A DNA stretch of 64,000 nt, from positions 124,001 to 188,000 of the IMG/VR virus record IMGVR_UViG_3300024239_000014; one strand, 5' to 3'. Of this stretch, positions 17,805 to 26,641 are shown piece after piece. Below the pieces are notes generated by a model. It worked only from the letters and a program-made list of their open reading frames with translations. It ran no database searches and was not told the DNA's origin. The position numbers and the translations under genes were made by a program. The number at the start of each line of letters is the position of its first letter. Position 1 is the first letter of the stretch.

Positions 17805-18179
17805 TTAACGTTGTTGTTTGATGTCGAGATTCAGATACTGGGTATGCTTGACGTAGAGGCGGGTCGTCAAGTCAGCAGCAGGGATCTTCGTTGAAAGCAA
17901 GCTCATTGCCTGATTAAAGAACCCGGGCAGCTTTTCGAGCACTGCTGGTGCGGTGGTTTCTTTGGTATGTACCGCCAGGAATTGGTCGAACAGCAGTCTG
18001 ACGTCGGTCAGTGACAGGTCTTTGTACGTGAGCATAGTGGAGTGTTCGCCAACCAGCTCACCTGAAACAACGACCGTGTAGCGCGTAATCGCGGGTCGCA
18101 CAGACACGTCCTTTTTATCGGGATCGTAGCCGACGGCTCTCAGGAAACGCCTGGTGTGCTCATTCATCTCCATGGTCAT
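17805..18179 (-). CDS. 124 aa hypothetical, possible distant array member
   Basis: RBS AGGAG; same size and apparent beta-alpha-alpha-beta pattern. Confidence 0.7.
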   Translation of the reverse strand: MTMEMNEHTRRFLRAVGYDPDKKDVSVRPAITRYTVVVSGELVGEHSTMLTYKDLSLTDVRLLFDQFLAVHTKETTAPAVLEKLPGFFNQAMSLLSTKIPAADLTTRLYVKHTQYLNLDIKQQR

Positions 18180-18190
18180 CAGAACACTCC

Positions 18191-18550
18191 TTACGTCGTA
18201 GCAGTGATAACGATCAATACCGTAAAGATTTCGGTCTTGCGCTCAAGTGACGCACGGTTATCACGATGGAGGTGACGGCAAAGCATCTTTGCACTGTCGA
18301 ATACGTCGTCGAATTCGGTTTTCCCGCTAAAACGCAGGAAGCTGAAACGGCGGCGTATGAGGTTAATGGTTTCGTTGAGCTCTTTGACGTCGATGCCGTA
18401 TTCGGTGAAGCCGTAGGTATCCGTTGGCACGCCATTATCAGTAACCGTGACAGTAATGTCGAATTTATCCGACACAAGTTCTCGGATTGCCTCGCCAAAC
18501 GCCTTCATTGCATCGCAATTCGCGTCAATCGAATCAGCTTGTTCAGTCAT
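18191..18550 (-). CDS. 119 aa hypothetical, possible distant array member
   Basis: RBS GAGGT; same size class. Confidence 0.7.
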   Translation of the reverse strand: MTEQADSIDANCDAMKAFGEAIRELVSDKFDITVTVTDNGVPTDTYGFTEYGIDVKELNETINLIRRRFSFLRFSGKTEFDDVFDSAKMLCRHLHRDNRASLERKTEIFTVLIVITATT

Positions 18551-18577
18551 GGTAAATACCTCTGATGTTTGGGAATA

Positions 18578-18611
18578 GGGCGAGGGAGGAAAACCTCCCT
18601 CGCTATGCCGT
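18578..18611 (-). terminator. Motif-led hairpin without U-tract
   Basis: ACGGCATA-GCGAGGGAGG-TTTT-CCTCCCTCGC. Confidence 0.7.
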
Positions 18612-18619
18612 GATGCTGG

Positions 18620-18982
18620 TTACGTAACAGTATCCGCTACTTCGATGGTCACGTAGAGTTCGCAAGCGTCGTCGTAGTGGCTGTATTTCCGTTTAGCTGC
18701 ATTCGGGTCGTTGTAGTCGTAAGACTTAACGAGGTGTGCCATTTCAAGAAAGCCGGCAATTGCCTTCTTGACGTATGGTTCATTGCTGGTCAACCGGTCA
18801 CCAGGGTACAGACGATTTTTCATGCCGAGCAGCATGGTGTTCAGGTCATCCCACGCCTCACCTGGCGGGAATTCACCGCTGGCTACGTAGTACTTACACC
18901 AGGACCAGTTATCGATGTCGTAAGCGACTTTATCGCTCTTGAATTCGACTGTGACGCGATGAACGATTCCAGATTCAGCCAC
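18620..18982 (-). CDS. 120 aa paralogue-array member
   Basis: GEFPPG, PG, NEPYV and FLE motifs shared with 19002..19364; RBS GGAGG. Confidence 0.75.
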   Translation of the reverse strand: MAESGIVHRVTVEFKSDKVAYDIDNWSWCKYYVASGEFPPGEAWDDLNTMLLGMKNRLYPGDRLTSNEPYVKKAIAGFLEMAHLVKSYDYNDPNAAKRKYSHYDDACELYVTIEVADTVT

Positions 18983-19001
18983 TGCGGCCTCCGTACCTGT
19001 A

Positions 19002-19364
19002 TCAGGTTTCGCTGCCGACGTAAACGGTTTCCACCGTCAGGTCGAAGTTCCGGCTGCGGTTACTGAAAATCGCCCGCTTACCGTTCTCGGTGTCATCGAA
19101 CTCGTGACGCGAGATTTGGCTTGCGATTTCAAGGAACGCAGCATGGCAGGGTCGCACATACGGTTGGTTTTCTGCCAAGTTCTGACCTGGGACGACCTGT
19201 TCTGCCAACAGTTTCAGTTTGGCGACCAGGCGGTCTTTGGTCTTACCGGGCGGGAATTCGCCGGTAACGTCGTACGATGATTGCCAGAAGCCATTGTCAT
19301 TGAGGCCGACAGTTTCACCCTTGAAGTTGATGGTGACCTGATAAATCGGATTAGACATTCTCAT
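19002..19364 (-). CDS. 120 aa paralogue-array member
   Basis: GEFPPG, PG, NQPYV and FLE motifs; RBS AAGGAG (start may be 19358). Confidence 0.75.
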   Translation of the reverse strand: MRMSNPIYQVTINFKGETVGLNDNGFWQSSYDVTGEFPPGKTKDRLVAKLKLLAEQVVPGQNLAENQPYVRPCHAAFLEIASQISRHEFDDTENGKRAIFSNRSRNFDLTVETVYVGSET

Positions 19365-19378
19365 TCTCCTTGGAAGTT

Positions 19379-21337
19379 TTACAAACGAACACCACCGCCA
19401 CGCTGACGCGGTTTGAAGTTAAACTGGTTCACCGAAGCCACCAGCTCCTGAGCGGAACCCGTCAACACTTCAGAGCCCTTCCCTACTTGTGTCAGGCTTT
19501 CAGCGTTGGCATCGGACATCGCATTGATGCGGTTCATGTTCCGGGTGATTTCTTCAGCCACATGAGCCTGCTCTTGAGCCGCAGTGGCAATCATGGTGGA
19601 TTGGTCGGCCATCTGACGGACATTGCTGACGATGTCAGACAGCGCGCCAGAAACCTGCACCGCGCCTTCTTTGGTATCCTGCACTGTTTGACGGACAGAA
19701 TCCACGGCACGAACCGCGTTATCAGTCACCTGCTGCAGGGCTTCCACTGTACCGCGAATGTCAGCGGTAGATTGCTGAGTCTTCGCAGCCAGGCTACGGA
19801 CTTCGTCAGCCACCACCGAGAACCCGCGACCCGCTTCACCGGCGCGCGCTGCTTCAATCGCAGCATTCAATGCCAGCAGGTTGGTCTGGTCGGCAATTTG
19901 ATTAATTGCCTCAGCCGCACGTCCAATGGACACCACCTGGTCCACCAGCAAGCGCATTGCAGCTTCAGTCTGCGTGATGTTTTCCACGCCGCGTTCTGAC
20001 CCACGTACCGTCTGCTTGACGATGACGGCAGCATCGTTTACCAGCTTCTCCACACTACCGGCTAAGGCGCATGAGGTTTCGGTATTACGAGCCACTTCCA
20101 GTACCGTCTGTTCCATCTCCGTGATGGCTGTGGCGGCGGATGCGATCTCCTGTGCGGCAGTCGATGTATTGGCAGCGGTCTGCGTGGCGATTGAGCGATT
20201 CTTCTCCGCCGTCACCTTCACTTGGTCGGCGACGTCCGACACTGTGGCCATCTGACGCCGCAGGCTGGCCAGCGTTTGGTTCAGCGACGCCTTGAGCTCC
20301 CCCAATTCAGCTTCAAACTCCGCATCCACATCCCAGAGGTCGCCGCGACTCACGCGTTGCAACTCTGCTTGAATTTTACCAAGTGGTGAGGTCACCTGGC
20401 GTTTCAGGACAGCGATGACTGTAAAGGCAACTGCTATCATGGCGACTACGAAAATACCGCCGAATAGCTTTACCAACAACCACCCTTGAGTGAAGAGTTC
20501 ACTGCCGACTTCAGCAGACACCAAGAGCCAGCCCAGACCTTCGAGTTCCGATTGCTGGTACTGGTAATCCGGTGACGTACCTTGTTTCCTGCGGACATCG
20601 TAAAACGGCGCTTCTTTCCCGACCCACTGTTTGTTCTTCAGGTCGTAAACGTAAATACCGCCAGACTTGCCAATCTTGACATTCGACAAGGTAGTTACCA
20701 AGTCGTTCAAGGATTGGGTAATGTCCTGGCCTACGAAGGTAGCACCGACCACGTTGCCGTAGGCGCTAATCGGGCTGTAGGAGACCACGTACGGCGTTCC
20801 GAACAAGTACGTGATACCCTGGTAGTTCTGATTCGCCAGAAGTGCAGGATAAGCCGGAGATTCACGGCTGAGCATGGTACCCACGACCCGTTTACCGGAA
20901 GTATCCTTCAAGCTGGTACTGATGCGGATAAAGTCATCGCCATCGCGGACCACCAAGGTGCTCACCACGGAATCATCCATGAGTTCACGGAAACGGTCGA
21001 CGTAGAATTCGTCATTATTCATCCGTTCGCCATTGACGGCCATGATGGGTGTTTGGACGCCGTTGACGTCTTCCTTGGTTGCTTGGTTGACAATAGCAGT
21101 GTCAATTTCGATGAAGTTCCTGAACAGGACCTCAATCTTCTTGGCGCTATTGGCCATGGAGAACTCGTAGGTCTTAATCAGGTCACGTGCCTGGTCTACG
21201 AGCTGTTGTTGGGCTCCATGGGTTTCTTCTTTGAGTGACGTTTCCGTCACCTGGTACGATACTGCGGCGATAGCGCCGAGTACCAGTATCAGCACAGGGA
21301 TGACCCGTGCCAGGATTTTACTGCTAATTTTAGTCAC
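19379..21337 (-). CDS. Methyl-accepting chemotaxis protein (TM-Cache-TM-HAMP-MCP signalling domain)
   Basis: TM1; Cache_3-Cache_2-type region VRDGDDFIRISTSLKD..G.RVVGT.L.RESPAY.AL; TM2; HAMP SPLGKI..EL..VSRGDL..ELGELKASLN; tip QTNLLALNAAIEAARAGEAGRGFSVVADEVRSLA. GTG start, RBS GGAGG. Confidence 0.95.
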   Translation of the reverse strand: MTKISSKILARVIPVLILVLGAIAAVSYQVTETSLKEETHGAQQQLVDQARDLIKTYEFSMANSAKKIEVLFRNFIEIDTAIVNQATKEDVNGVQTPIMAVNGERMNNDEFYVDRFRELMDDSVVSTLVVRDGDDFIRISTSLKDTSGKRVVGTMLSRESPAYPALLANQNYQGITYLFGTPYVVSYSPISAYGNVVGATFVGQDITQSLNDLVTTLSNVKIGKSGGIYVYDLKNKQWVGKEAPFYDVRRKQGTSPDYQYQQSELEGLGWLLVSAEVGSELFTQGWLLVKLFGGIFVVAMIAVAFTVIAVLKRQVTSPLGKIQAELQRVSRGDLWDVDAEFEAELGELKASLNQTLASLRRQMATVSDVADQVKVTAEKNRSIATQTAANTSTAAQEIASAATAITEMEQTVLEVARNTETSCALAGSVEKLVNDAAVIVKQTVRGSERGVENITQTEAAMRLLVDQVVSIGRAAEAINQIADQTNLLALNAAIEAARAGEAGRGFSVVADEVRSLAAKTQQSTADIRGTVEALQQVTDNAVRAVDSVRQTVQDTKEGAVQVSGALSDIVSNVRQMADQSTMIATAAQEQAHVAEEITRNMNRINAMSDANAESLTQVGKGSEVLTGSAQELVASVNQFNFKPRQRGGGVRL

Positions 21338-21809
21338 GGTCTTCCTCCGGGATGCGGATGGGATTTACAAGGTAATCCAGCAGCAATGCTCGATTAACCT
21401 TTACGTCGGTGGGGTCGAGACTGAGGTCTATCAGAGACGGTACTCGAATAGCTACCTCATGTCGACCAGTCCAGGTTACAATTCGCGCCAATGGGATGTA
21501 GCGCAAGTTAGATGGAAGAGACTGGATGATTAAACCCGACCCCTTGCAGCGATAGCGGATTTCATACCGCACCAGCTCCACAGTATTCGTCAGTACTCGC
21601 TTAAGAGTCAGGACGTTCATGGGGTCTGAGACCAGTATCAACTTCGTCAGCGGCGGCGTGAGCCGAATGTCATTGAGCAGGAGGTTATGGACAGCACATT
21701 CCACAATGACACGAAAGTCCTGGAGTTCATGCCAGAAGAATTCGCGTAATGCCGGAAGGTACTGCTTTTCCAAGTCGTCTGTTCGCACGATGAAAACGGT
21801 ATCGGTCAT
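21330..21809 (-). CDS. Hypothetical protein translationally coupled to the MCP gene
   Basis: Its stop overlaps the MCP start (GTGACTAA). Confidence 0.7.
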   Translation of the reverse strand: MTDTVFIVRTDDLEKQYLPALREFFWHELQDFRVIVECAVHNLLLNDIRLTPPLTKLILVSDPMNVLTLKRVLTNTVELVRYEIRYRCKGSGLIIQSLPSNLRYIPLARIVTWTGRHEVAIRVPSLIDLSLDPTDVKVNRALLLDYLVNPIRIPEEDRD

Positions 21810-21872
21810 GACAAGAGTACCACGTTTTCGTTAATCACACATGAGGGTGTTGCGTTCTAATAAACGCTACAG

Positions 21873-22028
21873 TCACTGTGTGATGTCGCAGTCGCAGTCC
21901 TCTTCGATAGAAGCGGCGGGAGACATTGACAAGACATCGGTGCTGTGGAGTACTACGCAGCCAATGATAGTGACGGCCAACAACACAATAGCCAGAAGGG
22001 TGGAAAGGGTGAGAGTGCGCTTAGCCAT
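21873..22028 (-). CDS. 51 aa signal-anchor peptide (not in ORF track)
   Basis: MAKRTLTLSTLLAIVLLAVTIIGCVVLHSTDVLSMSPAASIEEDCDCDITQ; RBS AGGT; first ORF after the promoter. Confidence 0.65.
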   Translation of the reverse strand: MAKRTLTLSTLLAIVLLAVTIIGCVVLHSTDVLSMSPAASIEEDCDCDITQ

Positions 22029-22060
22029 TTGGTTTACCTGTCGGTTAATGGGGTTAGGTC

Positions 22061-22076
22061 CACGTAGATGATGTAG
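22061..22076 (-). promoter_or_regulatory. Putative early promoter heading the MCP operon
   Basis: CTACATCAT-CTAC-GTG. Confidence 0.65.
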
Positions 22077-22101
22077 GTGTACAAGATAGTTGGTTTACGG
22101 C

Positions 22102-22131
22102 AAAAAAGAGGAGGGGGCTTCCCTCCTCTTA
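22102..22131 (-). terminator. Intrinsic terminator
   Basis: AAGAGGAGGG/CCCTCCTCTT stem followed by a T-tract. Confidence 0.75.
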
Positions 22132-22132
22132 A

Positions 22133-22237
22133 TCATCTCACGGCTCTATCGCGGGCTTCCACGGCAAGTATGCATTGACGAATTGCCAGAATTTTACTAT
22201 TGCCGTCCAACACATCAAGGTGTTCGCAGTAAATCAT
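22133..22237 (-). CDS. 34 aa micro-ORF (not in ORF track)
   Basis: ATGA overlap with the upstream stop; RBS GAGG; MIYCEHLDVLDGNSKILAIRQCILAVEARDRAVR; ends at the terminator. Confidence 0.45.
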   Translation of the reverse strand: MIYCEHLDVLDGNSKILAIRQCILAVEARDRAVR

Positions 22238-22914
22238 GAGAAGCCTTCCTCAAATCGTGGTGGCAGTTGATCGTACCGGGTCGCCAAGGTTTCGATTTCA
22301 TCCGACATGTCGTCGATCGTCGAACGCCAGTTACAGACACGTCCTTGTACCGCTCCGCGATTGGATCCCAGTTCAGGTACAACCTGGTAATGGTAGAATA
22401 CAGCCTTAGCGACAGACTTGAGGTTGTCGGCTGTCAGGTGCCCCTGAAACCTCAGTAACGTGTATAGTTCATCGATCTCACTTTCAATGGTGTGTTGAGT
22501 GATGTCGTCACGGTCCAAACGCCATTTCATCGGGTATAATGCCGCAAGGATAGCTGCGACGGTGCGGTAGACCATGAGGTCAAACCCAAACCGCCCCATA
22601 GACGAATCCGACAGCGAGAAACCTCTCAGCGGCAGAACCATCTCCAGTTTATAAAGCAGGGAACTTGCCTCGTTATCACACACTTTTGCCGTTACAGGAC
22701 TTCCTGATTCACGCGAAGTGAAGATCTTACTTTCTAAATAGTCGGGGATAGACTCATCACGGCACTTAAAAACGTACCATAACCACAGAAACAACATTTT
22801 AGTGGCAGGTGTGAATTGGACATAACCAAATTCAACCAGTTGCTTCAGGTAGCGTTCAATCATATCCAACTTGAAGCTGTTGGTTGCTTTCTGGTAATCC
22901 GGAAAATAAATCAT
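22234..22914 (-). CDS. Hypothetical protein (226 aa)
   Basis: Operon packing. Confidence 0.7.
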   Translation of the reverse strand: MIYFPDYQKATNSFKLDMIERYLKQLVEFGYVQFTPATKMLFLWLWYVFKCRDESIPDYLESKIFTSRESGSPVTAKVCDNEASSLLYKLEMVLPLRGFSLSDSSMGRFGFDLMVYRTVAAILAALYPMKWRLDRDDITQHTIESEIDELYTLLRFQGHLTADNLKSVAKAVFYHYQVVPELGSNRGAVQGRVCNWRSTIDDMSDEIETLATRYDQLPPRFEEGFS

Positions 22915-22933
22915 GACAGGTTTCCTTGTTAGG

Positions 22934-23512
22934 TTAGTCGTGTTCTGGGACGTGATCCAACATCCCAGAAGGAACTACGCCGTACTTCGCCAGAAATTCA
23001 CGGATGAGTCGTTTTCCGTAATTGTCGTACGGCACCCACTCCTGGATGTACTGTTCGGCACTCCAAGAGCGTGTGAAAAAGCGATTAATTCGGCCTTCTT
23101 CATGACCAAGCATTTTAAAAAGACCTTCAACGCCATTAGGAGTCAAGGTATCAAAATGCCGACCGAGTGCTACGAACCAACCGTGATGGTAGTTGTTGCA
23201 GAAGGAGACTGGTATGTTGTACAGCCCGTAAACCGTCAAGCCGATCGCAAGTGCTGCAACGTGACAATCGCCGTTATTGATGTTCAGCAGCGCTCTTCTT
23301 TCGTCTTCGGAGAGATCGCCAAGCTGGTTAATACGCTTGACCAAGAAACTGCCGATCTTGTAGTCGGCGATTCCGCGCATCTTCCCGATTTCTGGGTTGT
23401 CCTGACGAAACTTTCCGTAATGCTGAACGAAATCTTTGATGATGCCTGGAATGGACATCAAAATAGCGGTCTCGATACGATCTGCCGCTGTGGTGCACTG
23501 TTTGGTATTCAT
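22934..23512 (-). CDS. Papain/transglutaminase-like Cys-His-Asp family protein (192 aa)
   Basis: INNGDC..AALAIG, HHGW, HFDTLTPNG. Start reassigned to the ATG at 23512 (RBS AAGGA). Confidence 0.6.
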   Translation of the reverse strand: MNTKQCTTAADRIETAILMSIPGIIKDFVQHYGKFRQDNPEIGKMRGIADYKIGSFLVKRINQLGDLSEDERRALLNINNGDCHVAALAIGLTVYGLYNIPVSFCNNYHHGWFVALGRHFDTLTPNGVEGLFKMLGHEEGRINRFFTRSWSAEQYIQEWVPYDNYGKRLIREFLAKYGVVPSGMLDHVPEHD

Positions 23513-23546
23513 CGTGATATTCCTTACGATTCTGTCAGACGTGGGT

Positions 23547-23882
23547 TTATTCCACGAGTTTATCGAGCCACCCCATGACGAGGCGTTCTCTTCTGCCATC
23601 GGGGAGTGTGATCCACAGAGTCGCGAAATGACATGACCATTGGCAACGCTCGTCTTCACCGTAGTACTTTATTTCCACGGAAAACTGTCCTACATCAAAC
23701 ACTGTGCGATCGAGCCACGTGCTGACTTCTTCGACCATGTGCTGCTTCACAGCTTCCGCTGTTGGTTCAAGGTACACCGTCGTTTCCAGAGATTCAGCCA
23801 GCAATCCGCGTTGCCAACGGAAACGTACCTTGTCGTCACGTGGCGATAGTGGACAGGTGTATGTAGGTAGTTCCATGGTCAT
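23547..23882 (-). CDS. Hypothetical phage protein (111 aa)
   Basis: RFRWQRGLLAESLETT...YYG.D.R..W pattern; RBS GGAG. Confidence 0.7.
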   Translation of the reverse strand: MTMELPTYTCPLSPRDDKVRFRWQRGLLAESLETTVYLEPTAEAVKQHMVEEVSTWLDRTVFDVGQFSVEIKYYGEDERCQWSCHFATLWITLPDGRRERLVMGWLDKLVE

Positions 23883-23883
23883 T

Positions 23884-24576
23884 TTAGCTCCGTAGTAAAG
23901 CGTCAAGAAATTCACGGTAGTCACTGGTGAGTTCTATCTTGAGACAGGTGACGACACCGGCTTTGATGTCTTTGTCGGTGAGTTCCGCTGCCGGTTTCAA
24001 TGGATAACGCGTACCGGACAACATAGCTGCACCGTAAAGCCGGTGATGCTGACGGTTATCAAACTGGAGACGGCGCGCTATCGACAGGATGGTCATCAAC
24101 TCAGCTGCTAACCCAAGCGACGACTTCACAACGATCGACCGGCTGCCGTGACGATGTGCTGAAATCAGACACAACATCTTGAACAGCTTCATGGTGACGT
24201 CGACCTTATCCGTAATGAAGTGCTTGAGGTTCGACTTCAAGGTGTAGACGTAGTAGGTTTCATCGCCATCGCCTCGAAACGGTATGCCAGCGAAGTATTC
24301 CTTGTAGGGGAGCTTACTCGATGACACCACGGCAATAAGTGGCGCGTAATTAAGAAAGGTGTCAAGGTCATCTGGGCGAGATTCCGGATTGTAAATGCTG
24401 TCGAAGTCTTCATCGCAGAGTTCAAACTCGGTCAAGATGTCTTTGAACGTCTGGCCAGTGATAGCTGAAAATACACCGGTGTTCACGAAGTGATCGATGC
24501 TGTTGAAGTAACGGGTTACCAGTTCGCTGTCTGTATTAGAAGTCATTTCTCTTTTCTCCATCGTAGAGGTATTCAT
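23884..24576 (-). CDS. Hypothetical protein (230 aa)
   Basis: Operon packing. Confidence 0.7.
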   Translation of the reverse strand: MNTSTMEKREMTSNTDSELVTRYFNSIDHFVNTGVFSAITGQTFKDILTEFELCDEDFDSIYNPESRPDDLDTFLNYAPLIAVVSSSKLPYKEYFAGIPFRGDGDETYYVYTLKSNLKHFITDKVDVTMKLFKMLCLISAHRHGSRSIVVKSSLGLAAELMTILSIARRLQFDNRQHHRLYGAAMLSGTRYPLKPAAELTDKDIKAGVVTCLKIELTSDYREFLDALLRS

Positions 24577-24612
24577 GGTGGTAATAAAGGTCTAAAACTT
24601 AATGGAAGATAA

Positions 24613-24647
24613 GCGGCAGGAGGGAATTCCCTCCTGCCGTATGCCGC
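24613..24647 (-). terminator. Motif-led hairpin without U-tract
   Basis: GCGGCATA-CGGCAGGAGGG-AATT-CCCTCCTGCCG. Confidence 0.7.
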
Positions 24648-24648
24648 T

Positions 24649-25053
24649 TTAATAGCCAACCAAGGTACGTCGAGATACCATTTCCCCAACCATACACCCT
24701 CGATTTTTATCGGCGCGGAACATACCGCGACACTTTCTGTCACTGACGTAGATGCGGTCAGCTGACAGATACATCTCCATTGGCAGAAGGAACCCTTCAC
24801 CTTCGCCGACAACATCGGCCGTCATCCCACCGTTCTTCAGTCGCCGGTAGTTCGTGTAGACGAATACCGAACCATACGGACACGCCAATATCTGATCGCG
24901 AACTTCGCCATACGGCATGGGGATAAATGCACGGTTGATGAACAGTCGTTCTTTATCCACGTTCTTTTTCAGACGGTACAATGTATCCTTGTCCTCACCT
25001 TCGATAAACAGTACCGTGATATTGCGGTACTGTGAAACTACTGCATCGGTCAT
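24649..25053 (-). CDS. Hypothetical protein (134 aa)
   Basis: RBS AAGGAAG. Confidence 0.7.
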   Translation of the reverse strand: MTDAVVSQYRNITVLFIEGEDKDTLYRLKKNVDKERLFINRAFIPMPYGEVRDQILACPYGSVFVYTNYRRLKNGGMTADVVGEGEGFLLPMEMYLSADRIYVSDRKCRGMFRADKNRGCMVGEMVSRRTLVGY

Positions 25054-25083
25054 CGTCTCTTCCTTATCGGTTCTGAATGGTTC

Positions 25084-25278
25084 TCAAGGTTCAAGCCAGA
25101 TTGGTTTAACGGGGTCGCCAGAAGACCGTTTTGACATCCACTTACGGAAGCTGTCGAACACGTCCACTTTATCCGAGTGTCTCACCATGACTTCGGTGTA
25201 GTTACCGTCGGGTTCTACAGTAGCGGTGATCGCAAAGTGAAACTGGCTTTTTGGCAGGTCTTCTTGAGACACGGTCAC
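25084..25278 (-). CDS. Small hypothetical protein (64 aa)
   Basis: RBS AAGGAG; GTGA overlap. Confidence 0.65.
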   Translation of the reverse strand: MTVSQEDLPKSQFHFAITATVEPDGNYTEVMVRHSDKVDVFDSFRKWMSKRSSGDPVKPIWLEP

Positions 25279-25652
25279 TCCTTATCTAGAATATTGTCAG
25301 TACCTAGAATCGATGCTGCCGTATCATCGATTTCTCGCGAATGAACGTAGTTATTCGACGATTTCTTCCGCACAGAAGGTTTGCAGTAGGCAGCAGGTAT
25401 AACGATCCTGTTGCCGTTGTCGTCCCAGGCAAGCCATCCACTACCTTTACCTCCGCTCATGGGCGGTCCTTCATACGGCCCGTAAGACCAAATACCCGAT
25501 GGGTAATCACAATGGAACGTGTGCTCAATCGTACGTTCCACTGCTCTGCGCGCATCGATGCTTTGCTTGGCTTTATACAGAACACCGCCAGCAATAACTA
25601 CAGCTACCAGCGTTGAGTACAAAAAGAAGGTTTTATTATTCATTGTCCACAA
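25275..25652 (-). CDS. N-terminally anchored exported protein
   Basis: Hydrophobic N-terminal helix; two Cys in the exported part. Confidence 0.7.
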   Translation of the reverse strand: MWTMNNKTFFLYSTLVAVVIAGGVLYKAKQSIDARRAVERTIEHTFHCDYPSGIWSYGPYEGPPMSGGKGSGWLAWDDNGNRIVIPAAYCKPSVRKKSSNNYVHSREIDDTAASILGTDNILDKE

Positions 25653-25658
25653 TACCTC

Positions 25659-26630
25659 TCATTCAAACGTAGCGGTGCGAATCACCGTTTCGATAAAGTC
25701 CACGTAAGCAGACGTTTGCTCAGCGGCTTCTACGTAGAAGTCATTCTCCAAGAACCGCCATTCGTTACCCTGAAACATCCCGACCATGTGTCCATTGGCG
25801 TGAGAATGTCTCAGGGTAGGGCAATCATCGGAGAATTTAGTAGACCCCACGATGGTTATACCGTCTTTTGGCTGAACATGTGTTTCCAGTTCGCCAAACA
25901 GGTAAGCGTGACCAACATTGGATGTAATAACCCCTACGGTTTCAATTTTGGACGTGATGATCTGTACCACCTTATGGTCTGGACTCACGATGAACGGACC
26001 CATCTTGCGATACGCCCAACACCGGGTGTCAGTGACTTCAAATCGCCACGACGGTGGGTTGGTATTGGCGTCAAGGATTGGTATGACCGACCGTTTAAAA
26101 TCGTCGCATAGGGTGTATATTGGAAGCCTATTGGACGCCACCCAACCAATCAGCTTACGCTCTGCTTCTTCGACCGATTCAGCAGTTTCACCAACAGGTA
26201 TCTCCGTAGACATCCACTCATTCTTCTTGGTCCTGTATGTCACGATGATTCCAGGAGACAAATACGGAGGGTTCAGTATACCTACTTGAAAGCCAAATCC
26301 GTCGATATACAGCCGTGGAAAGCTATAGGTGTCTCCAGAAACCGTTACGGCTCTATCCCACATCTTCTGACCAAGCACGGAGGCGACATACGTGAAGGTG
26401 TTATCCAGAGATCTCAGTGCTTGTCTACCGTAATAAGAGTCATCGAGCTTTTTGATATCGATAACGCCGTTGTTGTGAAAATACTCGAGAATAGTCGACT
26501 GGGTCCAGTTCTTCTTTGCGTTCTCGAGTTGAATTTTCAGTTCATCATCCTGAGATGTCGACGATACCTCAGATGCAGAATTTGCATCGTGCTTACCAAA
26601 CAGCTGTTTCAAACGTTCAATGAATCGCAT
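25659..26630 (-). CDS. Hypothetical protein (323 aa)
   Basis: RBS GGAAGGA. Confidence 0.75.
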   Translation of the reverse strand: MRFIERLKQLFGKHDANSASEVSSTSQDDELKIQLENAKKNWTQSTILEYFHNNGVIDIKKLDDSYYGRQALRSLDNTFTYVASVLGQKMWDRAVTVSGDTYSFPRLYIDGFGFQVGILNPPYLSPGIIVTYRTKKNEWMSTEIPVGETAESVEEAERKLIGWVASNRLPIYTLCDDFKRSVIPILDANTNPPSWRFEVTDTRCWAYRKMGPFIVSPDHKVVQIITSKIETVGVITSNVGHAYLFGELETHVQPKDGITIVGSTKFSDDCPTLRHSHANGHMVGMFQGNEWRFLENDFYVEAAEQTSAYVDFIETVIRTATFE

Positions 26631-26641
26631 AGTCCTTCCTT

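Noticed and set aside
19370-21238. Plus-strand ORFs of 209, 109 and 218 aa
   Set aside because: Shadows of the MCP gene
19379-21337. MCP as host contamination or misassembly
   Set aside because: Provisionally rejected: it is translationally coupled to a phage-type ORF, has phage paralogues 14 nt downstream, and has no flanking host genes. Read-level confirmation is still needed.
21873-21889. Near-match to the early promoter (CGACATCAC-ACA-GTG)
   Set aside because: Spacer is 3 nt rather than 4, the core deviates, and it lies inside the end of the 51 aa ORF
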